From assembly GCA_963766685.1 (NCBI GenBank), contig CAVYBJ010000002.1, positions 22,257 to 86,256 on the forward strand: a DNA stretch of 64,000 nucleotides. The letters run 5' to 3'. Shown in pieces: positions 18,677-27,976 of the stretch; the first letter of the stretch is position 1, and every line of letters starts with the position of its first letter. Under the pieces are notes generated by a model that did no database searches, was not told the origin of the DNA, and saw only the letters and a program-made list of their open reading frames with translations. The position numbers were made by a program, and so were the translations under genes. This DNA is from an uncultured Chloroflexia bacterium (GTDB lineage Bacteria > Chloroflexota > Limnocylindria > Limnocylindrales > CSP1-4).

Positions 18677-19504
18677 GTGAGCGCGGCCTTCGTGGCCCTC
18701 CTGGTGTCCATCGGCGCGGGCGGCTTCGGGTCGCTGGTGGGCATCGGCGGTGGGCTCATCATCGTGCCCGTCCTGACCGTGGGCCTTGGCTACGACGTCA
18801 AGTCGGCCATCGCCGCCAGCCTCATCGGCGTCATCGCCACGTCGCTGGCGGCCACTCCCCGCTACGTCCGGAGCGGGCTCGTCGACCGGCGCCTGGGCCT
18901 GCTCCTGCTCGTGGGTGCCACGCTGGGGGGCCTGGCCGGCGGCGTCACCGCGGGGCTGCTGGACGGGCGCGTGCTGGCCCTGCTCTTCGGGTTGCTGCTG
19001 ACCGGCGTGGCCATCCAGATGCTGCGCCAGATCCACCGCCCGGTCACGGTGCCGCCGGTCGACGACGACGACATGGCCTCCGGCTTCGCCTCCTCGTTCG
19101 TGGAACCCACCAGCGGCGAGGTCGTCATCTACCGGGCCCGCCGCCTGGCACCCGGGGCGGCCGTCTCCTTCCTGGCCGGCAACATCAGCGGCCTGCTGGG
19201 CGTGGGCGGCGGCGTCATCAACGTGCCCACCATGAACGTGCTCATGCACGTGCCCATCCGCGTGGCGACGACCACGAGCACCTACATGCTGGCGGCCACG
19301 GCTGCGGCCAGCGCGTCGGTCTACGTGGCCTCCGGTCAGCTCGACCCGCTGCTGGCGGCACCCGTGGCCCTGGGGGTCATGATCGGTGCTCGCGCCGGGG
19401 CCCACCTCTCGATGCGCGTCTCGCAGGACGCCCTGCGCCTGGCCTTCGTGGTCGTGGCGGCGGTCTTCGCGGTCGGCATGTTCAGCCGCTTCCTCGAACT
19501 GTGA
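18677..19504 (+). CDS. TauE/SafE family sulfite-exporter-like membrane protein
   Basis: ORF 18677..19504 with a GTG start. Polytopic, with the typical GAGGFGSLVGIGGGLIIVP and GLLGVGGGVINVP internal repeat. Intact. Confidence 0.85.
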   Translation: MSAAFVALLVSIGAGGFGSLVGIGGGLIIVPVLTVGLGYDVKSAIAASLIGVIATSLAATPRYVRSGLVDRRLGLLLLVGATLGGLAGGVTAGLLDGRVLALLFGLLLTGVAIQMLRQIHRPVTVPPVDDDDMASGFASSFVEPTSGEVVIYRARRLAPGAAVSFLAGNISGLLGVGGGVINVPTMNVLMHVPIRVATTTSTYMLAATAAASASVYVASGQLDPLLAAPVALGVMIGARAGAHLSMRVSQDALRLAFVVVAAVFAVGMFSRFLEL

Positions 19505-19527
19505 GCGCGCCGCGCGGCAGGCCGGGC

Positions 19528-19896
19528 ATGCGCCGAGCAGCGGACGGCACCCCGCTCCGGGTAACGGCGCCGCGACGCCTCACCAGCGCGCTCCTGAGCC
19601 TGGGTGTCGCCGTCAGCGCTGCCTGCTTCGTGCTGGCGGGCGTGGCGGAGCTGCTCGGCTTCGATCGTCGCCAGGCAGACATGACGGACCTGGCGGCCCT
19701 CGTCGCGGGCCTGCTGGCACTCGACCCCTGGGCCCTCGCGACCGCCGGGACCTACGTGGTCATCGTCACGCCGGCCCTCGGCCTGCTGGCGACAGCATGG
19801 GAGTACGCGGGCATCGCGGACCGACGCTCCGTGCTCCTGGCCGTGGCGGTGCTGGGCGTGCTGGCCGTGAGCGTGGTGGTCGCCATCGAGCGCTGA
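19528..19896 (+). CDS. DUF1634-like small membrane protein (usual partner of TauE)
   Basis: Tail of ORF 18052..19896 from ATG 19528 (MRRAADGTPLRVTAPRRLTSALLSLGVAVSAACFVLAGV...). About 3 TM segments, immediately downstream of TauE. Confidence 0.6.
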   Translation: MRRAADGTPLRVTAPRRLTSALLSLGVAVSAACFVLAGVAELLGFDRRQADMTDLAALVAGLLALDPWALATAGTYVVIVTPALGLLATAWEYAGIADRRSVLLAVAVLGVLAVSVVVAIER

Positions 19897-19968
19897 GCTG
19901 TGGCCGCGCGCCTGTGCAGCCGCGCGGCGGCCGGGACGGCGGCGCCCTGCATGGCCGCGCGGCGAGGC

Positions 19969-20879
19969 CTAGGGTGCGCGCCGGTCCACGAAGCGGCAGC
20001 GGGGCGCGATGGGGCAGGCGTCACACTCCGGCCGTTGCGCGTGGCAGATCCGGCGGCCGTGGGTGATGAGCCCGACGTGCAGCGGATAGCACTGACCGGG
20101 CTCCAGCAGGGCCAGGTAGCGGTCGTGGGCATCCTCTGCGCTGACCCTGGGCGGCATGAGGCCGATGCGCTTGGAGACCCGGTCGATGTGCCGGTCGACC
20201 GGCATGAGCGGCATCCCGAAGGACATCATGAGCACGACCGAGGCGGTCTTGACGCCGACCCCGTCGATGCCCGTCAGCCAGTCGCGGGCCGCCAGCGGCT
20301 CCAGGTCGCCCAGGAACTCCAGCGAGTGGTCGCCGTTGGTCTCGCGCAGCCGCTGCAGCGAGGCCTGGATGCGGGGCGCCTTCTGGGGCGCCAGCCCGCC
20401 CGGTCGGATGACGTCGATGAGCTCGTCGATGGGCGCCAGCTCGACCGCCATCCAGTCGGGCGCGGCAGCCTGGACCAGTCCGCTGCCTCCCCAGCCGGGT
20501 CGATTGGCCCGCTCGGCCGCGACGGGGACGGCCGCGCGGCCGGACGGCCGCGACGCGGGTCCGCGTCGGAAGCGCCGGACGCTCCCCGATCGGACGGCCC
20601 GCGCGGATAGGCCGCCCGCAGGGCCTCGAAGGCCTTCTCCGCGTTCGTGTCGGCCGAGTTCTGGGAGAGGATCGTGAGCACGAGCTCGGAGGTCGGGTCG
20701 TAGACGCGCTGCCAGGCCGGTTCCCCGTAGCGGGCGTTCACCTGCTCGAGCACGAACTCGACGAGGCCCGGGCGACCCAGGCGCAGGCGGCGTGCCCAGG
20801 GCTTGATGGGGTCGGCCTTGCGGCGGCGCTTCGGCGCGGGTCGGGTCGTCGCGCGCGGGCTCGGCGCGGGTCGGGTCAT
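19969..20879 (-). pseudogene. nth: endonuclease III (HhH-GPD, 4Fe-4S), frame disrupted around 20480-20560
   Basis: ORF 20274..20879 (…ELVLTILSQNSADTNAEKAFEALRAAYP) plus ORF 19969..20451 (ELAPIDELIDVIRPGGLAPQKAPRIQ...GVGVKTASVVLMMSFGMPLMPVDRHI...CHAQRPECDACPIAPRC). Confidence 0.85.
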
Positions 20880-20900
20880 CGGCGCGGGACTCGGCGCGGG
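20831..20900. repeat. 30-bp-period GC-rich tandem repeat across the glycerate kinase stop / nth start
   Basis: tcggcgcgggtcgggtc occurs at 20831 and 20861, and tcggcgcggg occurs again at 20891. It encodes the TRPAP...TRPAP N-terminus of Nth. Confidence 0.6.
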
Positions 20901-22094
20901 GCTCGGCCCAGCTCCATGCCCAGGTCGATGAGCCGCGCGACCCGCTCGGCAGCCCGGGAGATCGGCCCCGTGCCGGCCGCGACGGCGTCCGCGAGGCTCA
21001 TGGGCTGCTCCGTCACGGCCACGGTCACGACTCCCCGCTCGTGCATGAAGGTCGCCCCCTCCGGGGTGACGCCGCCTCCGAAGCAGATGGTCGGCACGCC
21101 GGCCTCGCGGGCCCGCTCGGCCACGCCCAGGGCGGTCTTGCCGTAGGCCGTCTGGACATCGACGCGTCCCTCGCCCGTGAGCACGAGGTCGGCCTCGCCG
21201 ACGCGGTCCTCGAAGCCCGTCAGCTCCATGGCCACGTCCACGCCCGGCACGACCTCCAGGGAGCGGAAGCGGTCGGCGATGGCGAGCAGGCCGAAGACGG
21301 CCCCGCCGGCCGCACCCGCCCCCGGCTGGTAGCGCAGCACCCGGCCCAGCGACGCCTCGAGGACGTCGGCGTAGCGGCGCAGGTTGCGGTCCAGCTCGGC
21401 CACCTGCTCCGGGTCGGCGCCCTTCTGCGGCCCGTACGTCGCGGCCGCGCCGCGCTCGCCGAGCAGCGGGTTGGTGACGTCCGAGGCGACCGTCAGGTCC
21501 ACCTCGCGGAGGACGTCGGAGATGCCCGAGAGGTCCACGCTGGCGAGGTCGCCCAGGGCGCCGCCGCCGGGCGGAAGGTCCGCACCCCCGGCGTCCAGGA
21601 AGCGCGCCCCGAGTGCCTCCAGGAGCCCGGCGCCGCCATCCGTCGTGGCGCTGCCGCCCATCCCGAGCACGATGCGCCGGCAGCCCAGGCCGACCGCGGC
21701 CGCCAGGATCTGCCCCGTCCCGAAGGTGCTGGCGGACATGGCGTCGCGCTCATCGGCGGACGAGCCTCGAGAGCCCCGAGGCGGTCGCCATCTCCACCAC
21801 GGCTCGATCGCCGTCGCGAAGGAAGCCGGCCGTCAGCGTTCGCATCAGGGGGTCCTTGGCGGCCACCGGCAGGCGCTGCCAGCCGCCGCTGGCGGCCACG
21901 GCCTCCAGCAGCCCCTCGCCGCCATCGGCCATCGGCGTCAGCACGACGTCGTCGCCGGGACGCGTCGCCTGCCAGCCCTCCGCCAAGGCCCGCGCCACCA
22001 CGACCGACGAGAAGGTGCCCTTGAACGAATCGGGTGCCACGAGCACGCGCAGGGGACGTGGGGTGGTGGTCGCGGCCATCGGTCGCTCAGGCAT
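20876..22094 (-). pseudogene. glxK: glycerate kinase, frame disrupted near 21755 (+1)
   Basis: ORF 21750..22094 (LRVLVAPDSFKGTFSS...MADGGEG) plus ORF 20876..21739 (ASTFGTGQILAAA...GMGGSATTDGGAGLLEALG...GEGRVDVQTAYGKT). The two ORFs are in different frames, so this is not an in-frame stop. Confidence 0.85.
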
Positions 22095-22121
22095 GGTTCG
22101 CCGCCAAGGGTACCCCGGGCC

Positions 22122-22898
22122 TCAGCGCCCGAGGCGCTCCACGAGGCGCCACTCGAACGTCTCGCCGCCGGGCACGTAGCGGCTGTTGGCGGCCTTGAGG
22201 ATGCCGCCGCGAAGGCCCAGCGACTTCCACGTGGCGACCCAGGAGTCGATGGGCGGACGGACGTGCGGCGAGGTGCGCACCAGCGGACCGGCCACGACCA
22301 CGCTCTCCAGCAGCCGCTTGCGCTCCAGCAGCGGCACGTCCAGCAGCGAGATGCCATCGATCCGGAGCAGGTCCACGGCGACGAAGCCGTCGATGGCGTC
22401 GTCCTGCTCCGGGAGCGGCACCACGGGGCACCACGTCCAGGTCGGTCCGGTCGCGCAGGACCAGCGCGGGCCGGTGGCGGACCTCCGTGATGGGCGCCGC
22501 GCCGATCCCGGAGAGGCTCACCTGCCGGCTGATGATGCCGTCGATGATGGCGTCGTCCGCCATGACGGCGGCGGCGATGGCGGCTGCCAGCTCCGGCAGC
22601 TCCGGGGCGACGTCCGCGCCGAGGTCCTCCACCAGGCGGACCTCCGGGTGCCGTCCCTGGCTGGCCGTGGTCGCCTCGGCCGCGGTCGCCTCGGCCGCGG
22701 ACGTCGCGCGACGGACGCTCCCGGCACGGCGCTGACGTGCGCGATGACACGGGCCCCGCTCCAGAGGGGCTCGACCACGGGATCCACGATGTCAGACGGC
22801 CGGCGGCCGCGGTAGGGCCGCATGGGCCGCCACTGGCGCGCCTCGGCCCGATCTCCCGGCACTGCCTGTCCGACCATCGCCGCCCGCTGGACCATCAC
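22122..22898 (-). pseudogene. ATP-dependent DNA-ligase-like adenylation-domain protein with non-canonical motifs, at least 2 frame disruptions (~22440, ~22650)
   Basis: Three ORF pieces (22518..22898, 22087..22632, 22122..22424). VEPLWSGARVIAHV sits where motif I EPKWDGxR is expected. DGFVAVDLLRIDGISLLDVPLLERKRLLE resembles motif III/IIIa. RGGILKAANSRYVPGGETFEWRLVERL resembles motif IV/V. Confidence 0.55.
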
Positions 22899-22916
22899 CC
22901 GCCCGTCAGCGCCCGC

Positions 22917-23888
22917 TCAGCCGGCGTGGCCGTTTGCCGCCAGGTGCCAGGCCGAGCCGATCATCTCGTCCAGCGTGCCGCGCTCCGGCACCCAGCCCAG
23001 CAGCTCGCGTGCCCGTTCGAAGGAGGCCACCAGCACGGGCGGGTCGCCGGCCCGGCGCGGGCCGTAGCTGTGGGGGATGGGCCGCCCCACGATCTGCGCC
23101 GCGGCGTCAAGGACCTGCTTCACCGAGAAGCCGGCCCCGGAGCCCAGGTTGCAGATCTCCTGGCCGGGCGGCATCTGGGCCGTCAGCTCGAGCGCCTCGA
23201 TGTGGGCATCCGCCAGGTCGAGCACGTGGATGTAGTCGCGGATGGCCGTGCCGTCGGCGGTCGGGTAGTCGTCGCCGAAGATGGTCAGGTCCGCGCGACC
23301 GAGTGCCGCGCGCAGGATGCTGGGGATGAGGTGCGTCTCCGGGTCGTGGCGCTCCCCGTGGTGCTCGCTGGCGCCGGCCACGTTGAAGTAGCGCAGCGAG
23401 ACCGAGCGGAGCCCGTAGGCGGCGTACCAGGCCATGGCGCCCTCGAAGGCCAGCTTGGAGGCGCCGTAGGGGCTGACCGGCCGGGTCGGCGCGTTCTCGC
23501 GGATGGGCACCTTCTCCGGCTCGCCGTAGACGGCCGCCGTGGAGCTGAAGACGATGCGGTCCACGCCCGCCTCGCGCAGGGCATCCAGGAGCGCCACGCC
23601 GCCCACCACGTTCTCCGCGTAGTAGAGGCCCGGGTCCTTCATCGACTGGCCGACGAGGGAGCGGGCCGCGCAGTGCAGCACGGCCTCGATGTGGTGCTGC
23701 CGGAGCAGGGCCACGAGGGCGTCCTTGTCGCGGACCGAGTGGACGCTCAGCGTGGCGCCGGGAGCGACGGCCTCGCGGTGGCCGGTGGCCAGCGAATCGA
23801 GGACCACGACCTCGTGCCCGGTGAGCACGAGCTGCTCCGTGGTGACGCTGCCGATGTAGCCGGCACCGCCGGTGACGAGGATCCTCAT
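22917..23888 (-). CDS. galE: UDP-glucose 4-epimerase
   Basis: ORF 22917..23888. MRILVTGGAGYIGS, the catalytic YGASKLAFE, and about 323 aa. Intact. Confidence 0.92.
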   Translation of the reverse strand: MRILVTGGAGYIGSVTTEQLVLTGHEVVVLDSLATGHREAVAPGATLSVHSVRDKDALVALLRQHHIEAVLHCAARSLVGQSMKDPGLYYAENVVGGVALLDALREAGVDRIVFSSTAAVYGEPEKVPIRENAPTRPVSPYGASKLAFEGAMAWYAAYGLRSVSLRYFNVAGASEHHGERHDPETHLIPSILRAALGRADLTIFGDDYPTADGTAIRDYIHVLDLADAHIEALELTAQMPPGQEICNLGSGAGFSVKQVLDAAAQIVGRPIPHSYGPRRAGDPPVLVASFERARELLGWVPERGTLDEMIGSAWHLAANGHAG

Positions 23889-23939
23889 CCCCGGCCTCGC
23901 AGTCGATCAAGGAGCGAGCGACGCGCCGGCGGCGAGACG

Positions 23940-24293
23940 TCAGCCGTGGAGAGCGCCCCGGCCGGGCCCTCGGTCACGATCGGCCGCAGCGGAGGCCGTG
24001 GCTGCGGCGCCCGGGTCAGGCCGGTCGACGGGCTCACCGCGGGTCGCCAGGATCTCTGCCAGGCGTGCCTCCATGCGCCGGGCCATGTCGTTCTCCGGGT
24101 CGATGCGCAGGGCGCGGCTGGCGAGGTCGTGCGCCGCCCGGTCGTCCCCGTCCGCCAGGGCGCAGCGGGCCAGGCCGACCACCGCGATGGCGTTGCCCGG
24201 ATCGAGCTCCACGACACGCGCGTAGACGCCCCGCGCCTGCTCGACCTGGTCGACGGTCAGGAGCCTGTCCGCCTGCAGCAACTGTTCGATCAC
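23940..24293 (-). CDS. small TPR-repeat protein
   Basis: ORF 23940..24293. Two TPR-like units (ARGVYARVVELDPGNAIAVVGLARCAL..., AAHDLASRALRIDPENDMARR). It sits between cca and galE with short gaps. Confidence 0.55.
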   Translation of the reverse strand: MIEQLLQADRLLTVDQVEQARGVYARVVELDPGNAIAVVGLARCALADGDDRAAHDLASRALRIDPENDMARRMEARLAEILATRGEPVDRPDPGAAATASAAADRDRGPGRGALHG

Positions 24294-24302
24294 CTGTCGA
24301 GA

Positions 24303-25632
24303 CTACTCCATCCCTGTCCCGTCAGGCCCGCCGGCGTCGCCCTGCACGATCTCGTCGAGGATCAGGCCGGCCCGCGTGAGCAGCGTCAGGCGGCCGTTGA
24401 GGGAGGGGTCCTCGATGACGTCCGCGAGCAGCCGATCGAGGATGAGGCCGATGGCCGGTCCCTCGGTGATGCCCAGCGTGGACTGCAGGTCGCGGCCGTC
24501 GATGGCCAGCCCGGCCAGTGCGATGGCCGATCCGGCGTCGCGCTGCGCCAGCACTCGGCGTGCCAGGTCCGACTCGAGCTCGGTCGCCGTGCCGCCCCAC
24601 GCCTCGGCCCGGGCCAGGCGAAGAGCCAGCAGGTCGTCGACCAGGTCGGGCGGCACCCGGCCCATGTAGCGGCGCACGTCGGCGTCATCCCACGCCGCCT
24701 GGTAGGGCACCCGCGGCCTGCTCCACGATCAGGCACACGGCCTCCCGCTCCCGCCCCGCGACGCGCATCCGCTCCAGGGCGCTCCGGGCGCCCGCAGGGT
24801 CGACCTCGCCAAGGAGGGCCGCCCAGGCCAGGCGCTCGTTGCCACGCCGCCGGGCCGTTACCAGGTCAAGCACGTCGAGCGATCGCACGAAGCCACCCTG
24901 GCCGGCGACGCCGCCACCGCCGACGAGCGCCTGCAGCTCCGGCAGCATGGTGGCCAGGATGCCGGACTCGCGCAGCAGCTGGAAGGCGCGCGACGGCCGT
25001 TCCAGGGCGAGCATGCCCCGCACCTCGCTGCCCAGCCGTTCCTCCGAGACCCACTCGACATCGGCGGCGTGGGCCACCATGGCCGCCCAGGTCACCGGCT
25101 CGATGCTGAAGTCCAGCTTGGCCGCGATGCGCACCGCGCGCAGCAGGCGCAGGGCATCCTCGTCGAAGCGTCGGCTGGGGTCGCCGACCGCCCGCACCAG
25201 GCGTGCCCGCAGGTCCCCCTGGCCGTCCGCGGGGTCCAGCAGCCGCGCTGCCGCCGACCCCCGGCGTCCCCAGGCGATGGCGTTGATGGTCAGGTCGCGG
25301 CGCGCCAGGTCCTCGTAGACGTCGTCGCTGAAGGTGACGCTGTCCGGCCGGCGGTGGTCGGCGTAGCGGTGGTCGCGCCGGAAGGTGGTGATCTCCAGTC
25401 CGCGCGCCAGCACGGTGCCGAAGCGGTTCTCGTACGTCCCGCCCGGGAAGACCGCCAGGATGCGCTCGGGCCGGGCGTCGGTGGCCACGTCCCAGTCAGA
25501 GCCGGGCAGCCCCAGCAGTGCGTCGCGCACCCCGCCGCCCACCAGGTAGGCGGCATGGTCGTTGCGCCAGAGGGTCTCCAGGACGGCCATGACCTCGGGC
25601 TCGACCGCGAAAGGCGGTCGCTCGGTCGACAT
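24303..25632 (-). pseudogene. cca: CCA-adding enzyme / poly(A) polymerase-family tRNA nucleotidyltransferase, frame disrupted near 24709 (+1)
   Basis: ORF 24685..25632 (AYLVGGGVRDALLGLPGSDWDVATDARPE...RRDLTINAIAW) plus ORF 24303..24710 (PYQAAWDDADVRRYMGRV...IDGRDLQSTLGITEGPAIGLILDRLL). Confidence 0.8.
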
Positions 25633-25640
25633 GGAGGCCG

Positions 25641-26153
25641 TCAGCGGTTCAGCGTGAGGTAGTCGCGCCAGGCCTCATTGCGAGGGTCCGCCAGGTAGGG
25701 CGAGTACATCGAGTAGGCGTCGCAGCTGGGCTCGCGAGGCGACTTGCGCAGGCGCATGCCGGCCTCCTCCGGCATCCGGCCGCCCTTGCGATGGTTGCAG
25801 GCGCTGCAGGCGGCCACGAGGTTGTCCCAGCTGTGGGCGCCGCCGCGGTGGCGCGGCACGACGTGGTCGAGGGTCAGCTTGGGTGCACGCTCGCCGCAGT
25901 ACTGGCAGAGGTGCTCGTCCCGGGCGAAGACCTCCCGGCGCGAGAGCCGCACGCGGGGCCGAGGCCGCCGGATGCGGTACTGCAGCTTGATGACCGAAGG
26001 CGCGCGCAGGGCGACGCTCGGCGTCCTCACCATGGTGTGGTCGTACTCGATGACCTCGGCCTTCTCACCGAAGACGAGGCGGAACGCCCTGCGCAGGTCG
26101 CAGACGTTGAGGGGCTCGTAGTCGGCGTTCAGAAGAAGGACGACGCTATCCAA
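25641..26153 (-). CDS. HNH endonuclease
   Basis: ORF 25641..26153. CQYCGERAPKLTLDHVVPRHRGGAHSWDNLVAACSACNHRKG gives the HNH motif plus Zn-ribbon cysteines. Intact, 9 nt upstream of cca. Confidence 0.85.
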   Translation of the reverse strand: MDSVVLLLNADYEPLNVCDLRRAFRLVFGEKAEVIEYDHTMVRTPSVALRAPSVIKLQYRIRRPRPRVRLSRREVFARDEHLCQYCGERAPKLTLDHVVPRHRGGAHSWDNLVAACSACNHRKGGRMPEEAGMRLRKSPREPSCDAYSMYSPYLADPRNEAWRDYLTLNR

Positions 26154-26416
26154 CGCTCACCTCGGGTCGGCATGGACGGGCCACGCTCCGGGGGCATCGT
26201 AACGCACCGCGCGCGCGACCCGACGGGCGGGTCACCGTGGGCCGGACGAAAGGCCCAAGCGGGGTCGGACGGGGCGTCCGCAGCGTAGTGCACCCAACGT
26301 CCCCGCAGCGCCCGAGGGCTGGGACGACCGGGTGATGGCGGCGTGACCCCAGGGTCCCCTACGGTACGACTCGTCATCAACCCGAGCGCAGAGATCGTCA
26401 CCGAGATGGGGAACGG

Positions 26417-26725
26417 ATGATGAACGCTTACTGTCCAGAGTGCGAGACCGAACTCGACCCCGGCACCGGGATCTGCCCGGCCTGCCGCTGGGACCCGGTC
26501 ATGTCGCCCGGCGTGCGAACGCTCAAGAACACCAAGCCCGCCGAGATGTCGCTCTCGGAGCGCTACCGGGGCACGCCGTACGGCCTGGCCCTCGAGCCGG
26601 ACATCTTCGGCGCGCCGGCCCAGGCATCGGCCGGGGTCTCGCGTGGCCGCATCATCGTCATCGCCGGCCTCGTGCTCAGCGTCGGCGTCTACGGTGTGGC
26701 GCTCGCCGTCATGGGCCCCTTCTGA
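26417..26725 (+). CDS. small zinc-ribbon protein with C-terminal TM anchor
   Basis: ORF 26417..26725. MMNAYCPECETELDPGTGICPACRW is a CxxC...CxxC ribbon, and the C-terminus IIVIAGLVLSVGVYGVALAVMG is a TM segment. Confidence 0.6.
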   Translation: MMNAYCPECETELDPGTGICPACRWDPVMSPGVRTLKNTKPAEMSLSERYRGTPYGLALEPDIFGAPAQASAGVSRGRIIVIAGLVLSVGVYGVALAVMGPF

Positions 26726-26749
26726 TCCGATCCGTCCCGACGATCCAGC

Positions 26750-26777
26750 AAGGCCCTCGCCAGCCGGCGAGGGCCTT
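26750..26777 (+). terminator. strong hairpin after the zinc-ribbon gene
   Basis: aaggccctcgcc-agcc-ggcgagggcctt forms a perfect 12-bp stem with a 4-nt loop, 25 nt after the stop. The U-tract is weak (cgtcgtcc). Confidence 0.55.
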
Positions 26778-26842
26778 CGTCGTCCGTGGTGGAGCCGCTG
26801 CCGGCGAACCGGTGCGAGCGTGCCGTGGCGTAGGTGGGCAGC

Positions 26843-26882
26843 CGGCGGCGAACGGTCAGCGGCGGCGAACGGTCAGCGGCGG
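26843..26882. repeat. 17-nt tandem repeat x2.3 in a convergent intergenic region
   Basis: cggcggcgaacggtcag occurs twice, followed by cggcgg. Next comes a second imperfect pair, gcggccgaggccgg(g)cct(gct)agc, at 26899-26940. Confidence 0.6.
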
Positions 26883-26934
26883 AGGCCGGCCCAGCTCGCG
26901 GCCGAGGCCGGGCCTGCTAGCGGCCGAGGCCGGC

Positions 26935-27744
26935 CTAGCGGCCCGGGCCGGGCGCCGTGACGCGCCCGCGGGCCAGCAGCGTGCCGATGCCCTCGGATCC
27001 GAGCGGCTTGGAGTAGAGATAGCCCTGCGCCATGTCGCAGCCGATGACGGCCAGGCGGCGGGCCTGCTCGCGCGTCTCGACGCCCTTGCCGATGGTGCGC
27101 AGGTCACGGGCCCGGCAGAGGCTCAGGAGCCCCTCGGCGTAGGCGACCTCGTCCGCGTTGCCGACGGCCATCTCGGTGAAGCTGGGGTGCAGCTTGACGA
27201 CCGACAGCGGCAGCTCGCGCACCACGTCCGGCGACGAGCCGTGGCCGAGGTCCTCCAGCGCCAGCCCGACGCCAAGGTCGGCCAGGGCCGCCATGTGCGC
27301 GGTGTCCGCCGTGGACTCGGGACCGAGCTCCAGCGTCAGCGAGGAGGGATCCAGGTCGGAGCGCTGCAGGACCGTCCCGACGTGCTCCAGCAGACCCGGG
27401 TCGCGCAGCTGGCGGGCCGAGATGTTGACGTTCATCTTGAGCGACTGCATGCGCGCGAAGCCGAGGTGCCAGGTGCGCAGCTGGCGCGTGGCGGCATCCA
27501 GGACGCGCTCGCCGATGGGCACGATGAGCCCGCTCTCCTCGGCCAGGGGCAGGTAGTCGGCCGGGGCGATGGTGCCCATGAGCGGGTGTCGCCAGCGCAG
27601 GAGTGCCTCCACGGCGGCGATGGAGCCGGAGCCGAGGTCGATGATGGGCTGGTACTCGAGGCCGAACTCGTTGCGCTCGACGGCTCCCTCGAGCTCTACG
27701 GCGAGGTCGAGCGCTGGACGCTGCGTCCGCTGGCGTGCTGGCAT
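26935..27744 (-). CDS. stand-alone EAL-domain protein with several non-canonical active-site positions
   Basis: ORF 26935..27744. EYQPIIDL...VEALLRWRHP, NISARQL and QGYLYSKP are present. However it reads ELGPES (expected E-x-TE), EDLGHG (expected DDFGTG), KLHPSF (expected KxDxSF) and KGVET (expected EGVE). Confidence 0.85.
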   Translation of the reverse strand: MPARQRTQRPALDLAVELEGAVERNEFGLEYQPIIDLGSGSIAAVEALLRWRHPLMGTIAPADYLPLAEESGLIVPIGERVLDAATRQLRTWHLGFARMQSLKMNVNISARQLRDPGLLEHVGTVLQRSDLDPSSLTLELGPESTADTAHMAALADLGVGLALEDLGHGSSPDVVRELPLSVVKLHPSFTEMAVGNADEVAYAEGLLSLCRARDLRTIGKGVETREQARRLAVIGCDMAQGYLYSKPLGSEGIGTLLARGRVTAPGPGR

Positions 27745-27976
27745 GGGGGCACCCTAGCACCCGGACGACCGGGTGGCCCTCCTGACGGTGGTGCCCCCCG
27801 GCAACAGGACCATCGGTACCATCCCCGGCCGCTCGCCGGGGCGGCGGTCGGGTCGCCCGAGGGTCGCGTGCCATAATCGACGCACTGTCGTGGCCGCCAT
27901 CCGGCTCCGTGCGGGCGACGACCCCGCGGTCGAGCCGGCGGCCGAGGCCACCTGCCATCTTCGATCGAGGTCAAGT

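Noticed and set aside
21747-21749. TGA between the two glycerate kinase ORFs as a possible selenocysteine, readthrough or in-frame nonsense codon.
   Set aside because: The two ORFs are in different frames (top coordinates 22094 and 21739 differ modulo 3). The join is a +1 frameshift at ~21755, not an in-frame stop.
22680-22709. 15-bp perfect tandem duplication (gtcgcctcggccgcg x2) inside the ligase-like gene, and the 30-bp-period repeat at 20831-20900.
   Set aside because: Both are in-frame, encode low-complexity Ala/Glu/Thr or Thr/Arg/Pro/Ala peptides, and are typical replication-slippage products in high-GC DNA. There is no indication of a regulatory or mobile role.
25641-26153. HNH endonuclease as part of a restriction-modification or anti-phage system. 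RadC at 46675-47392 and the CPBP/Abi-like protease at 45305-46498 were considered as defence-island markers for the same reason.
   Set aside because: Each is a single gene in a housekeeping context with no methyltransferase, helicase, ATPase or toxin partner nearby. The HNH gene is tightly linked to cca in a long conserved-looking operon. The evidence is insufficient to call any defence system.
26843-26940. Short tandem repeats at 26.84-26.94 kb considered as a mini CRISPR array or other spacer-repeat structure.
   Set aside because: There are only 2-2.3 directly abutting copies of 17-24 nt units with no spacers and no cas genes in the window. They are GC-rich slippage-type repeats in a convergent intergenic region.
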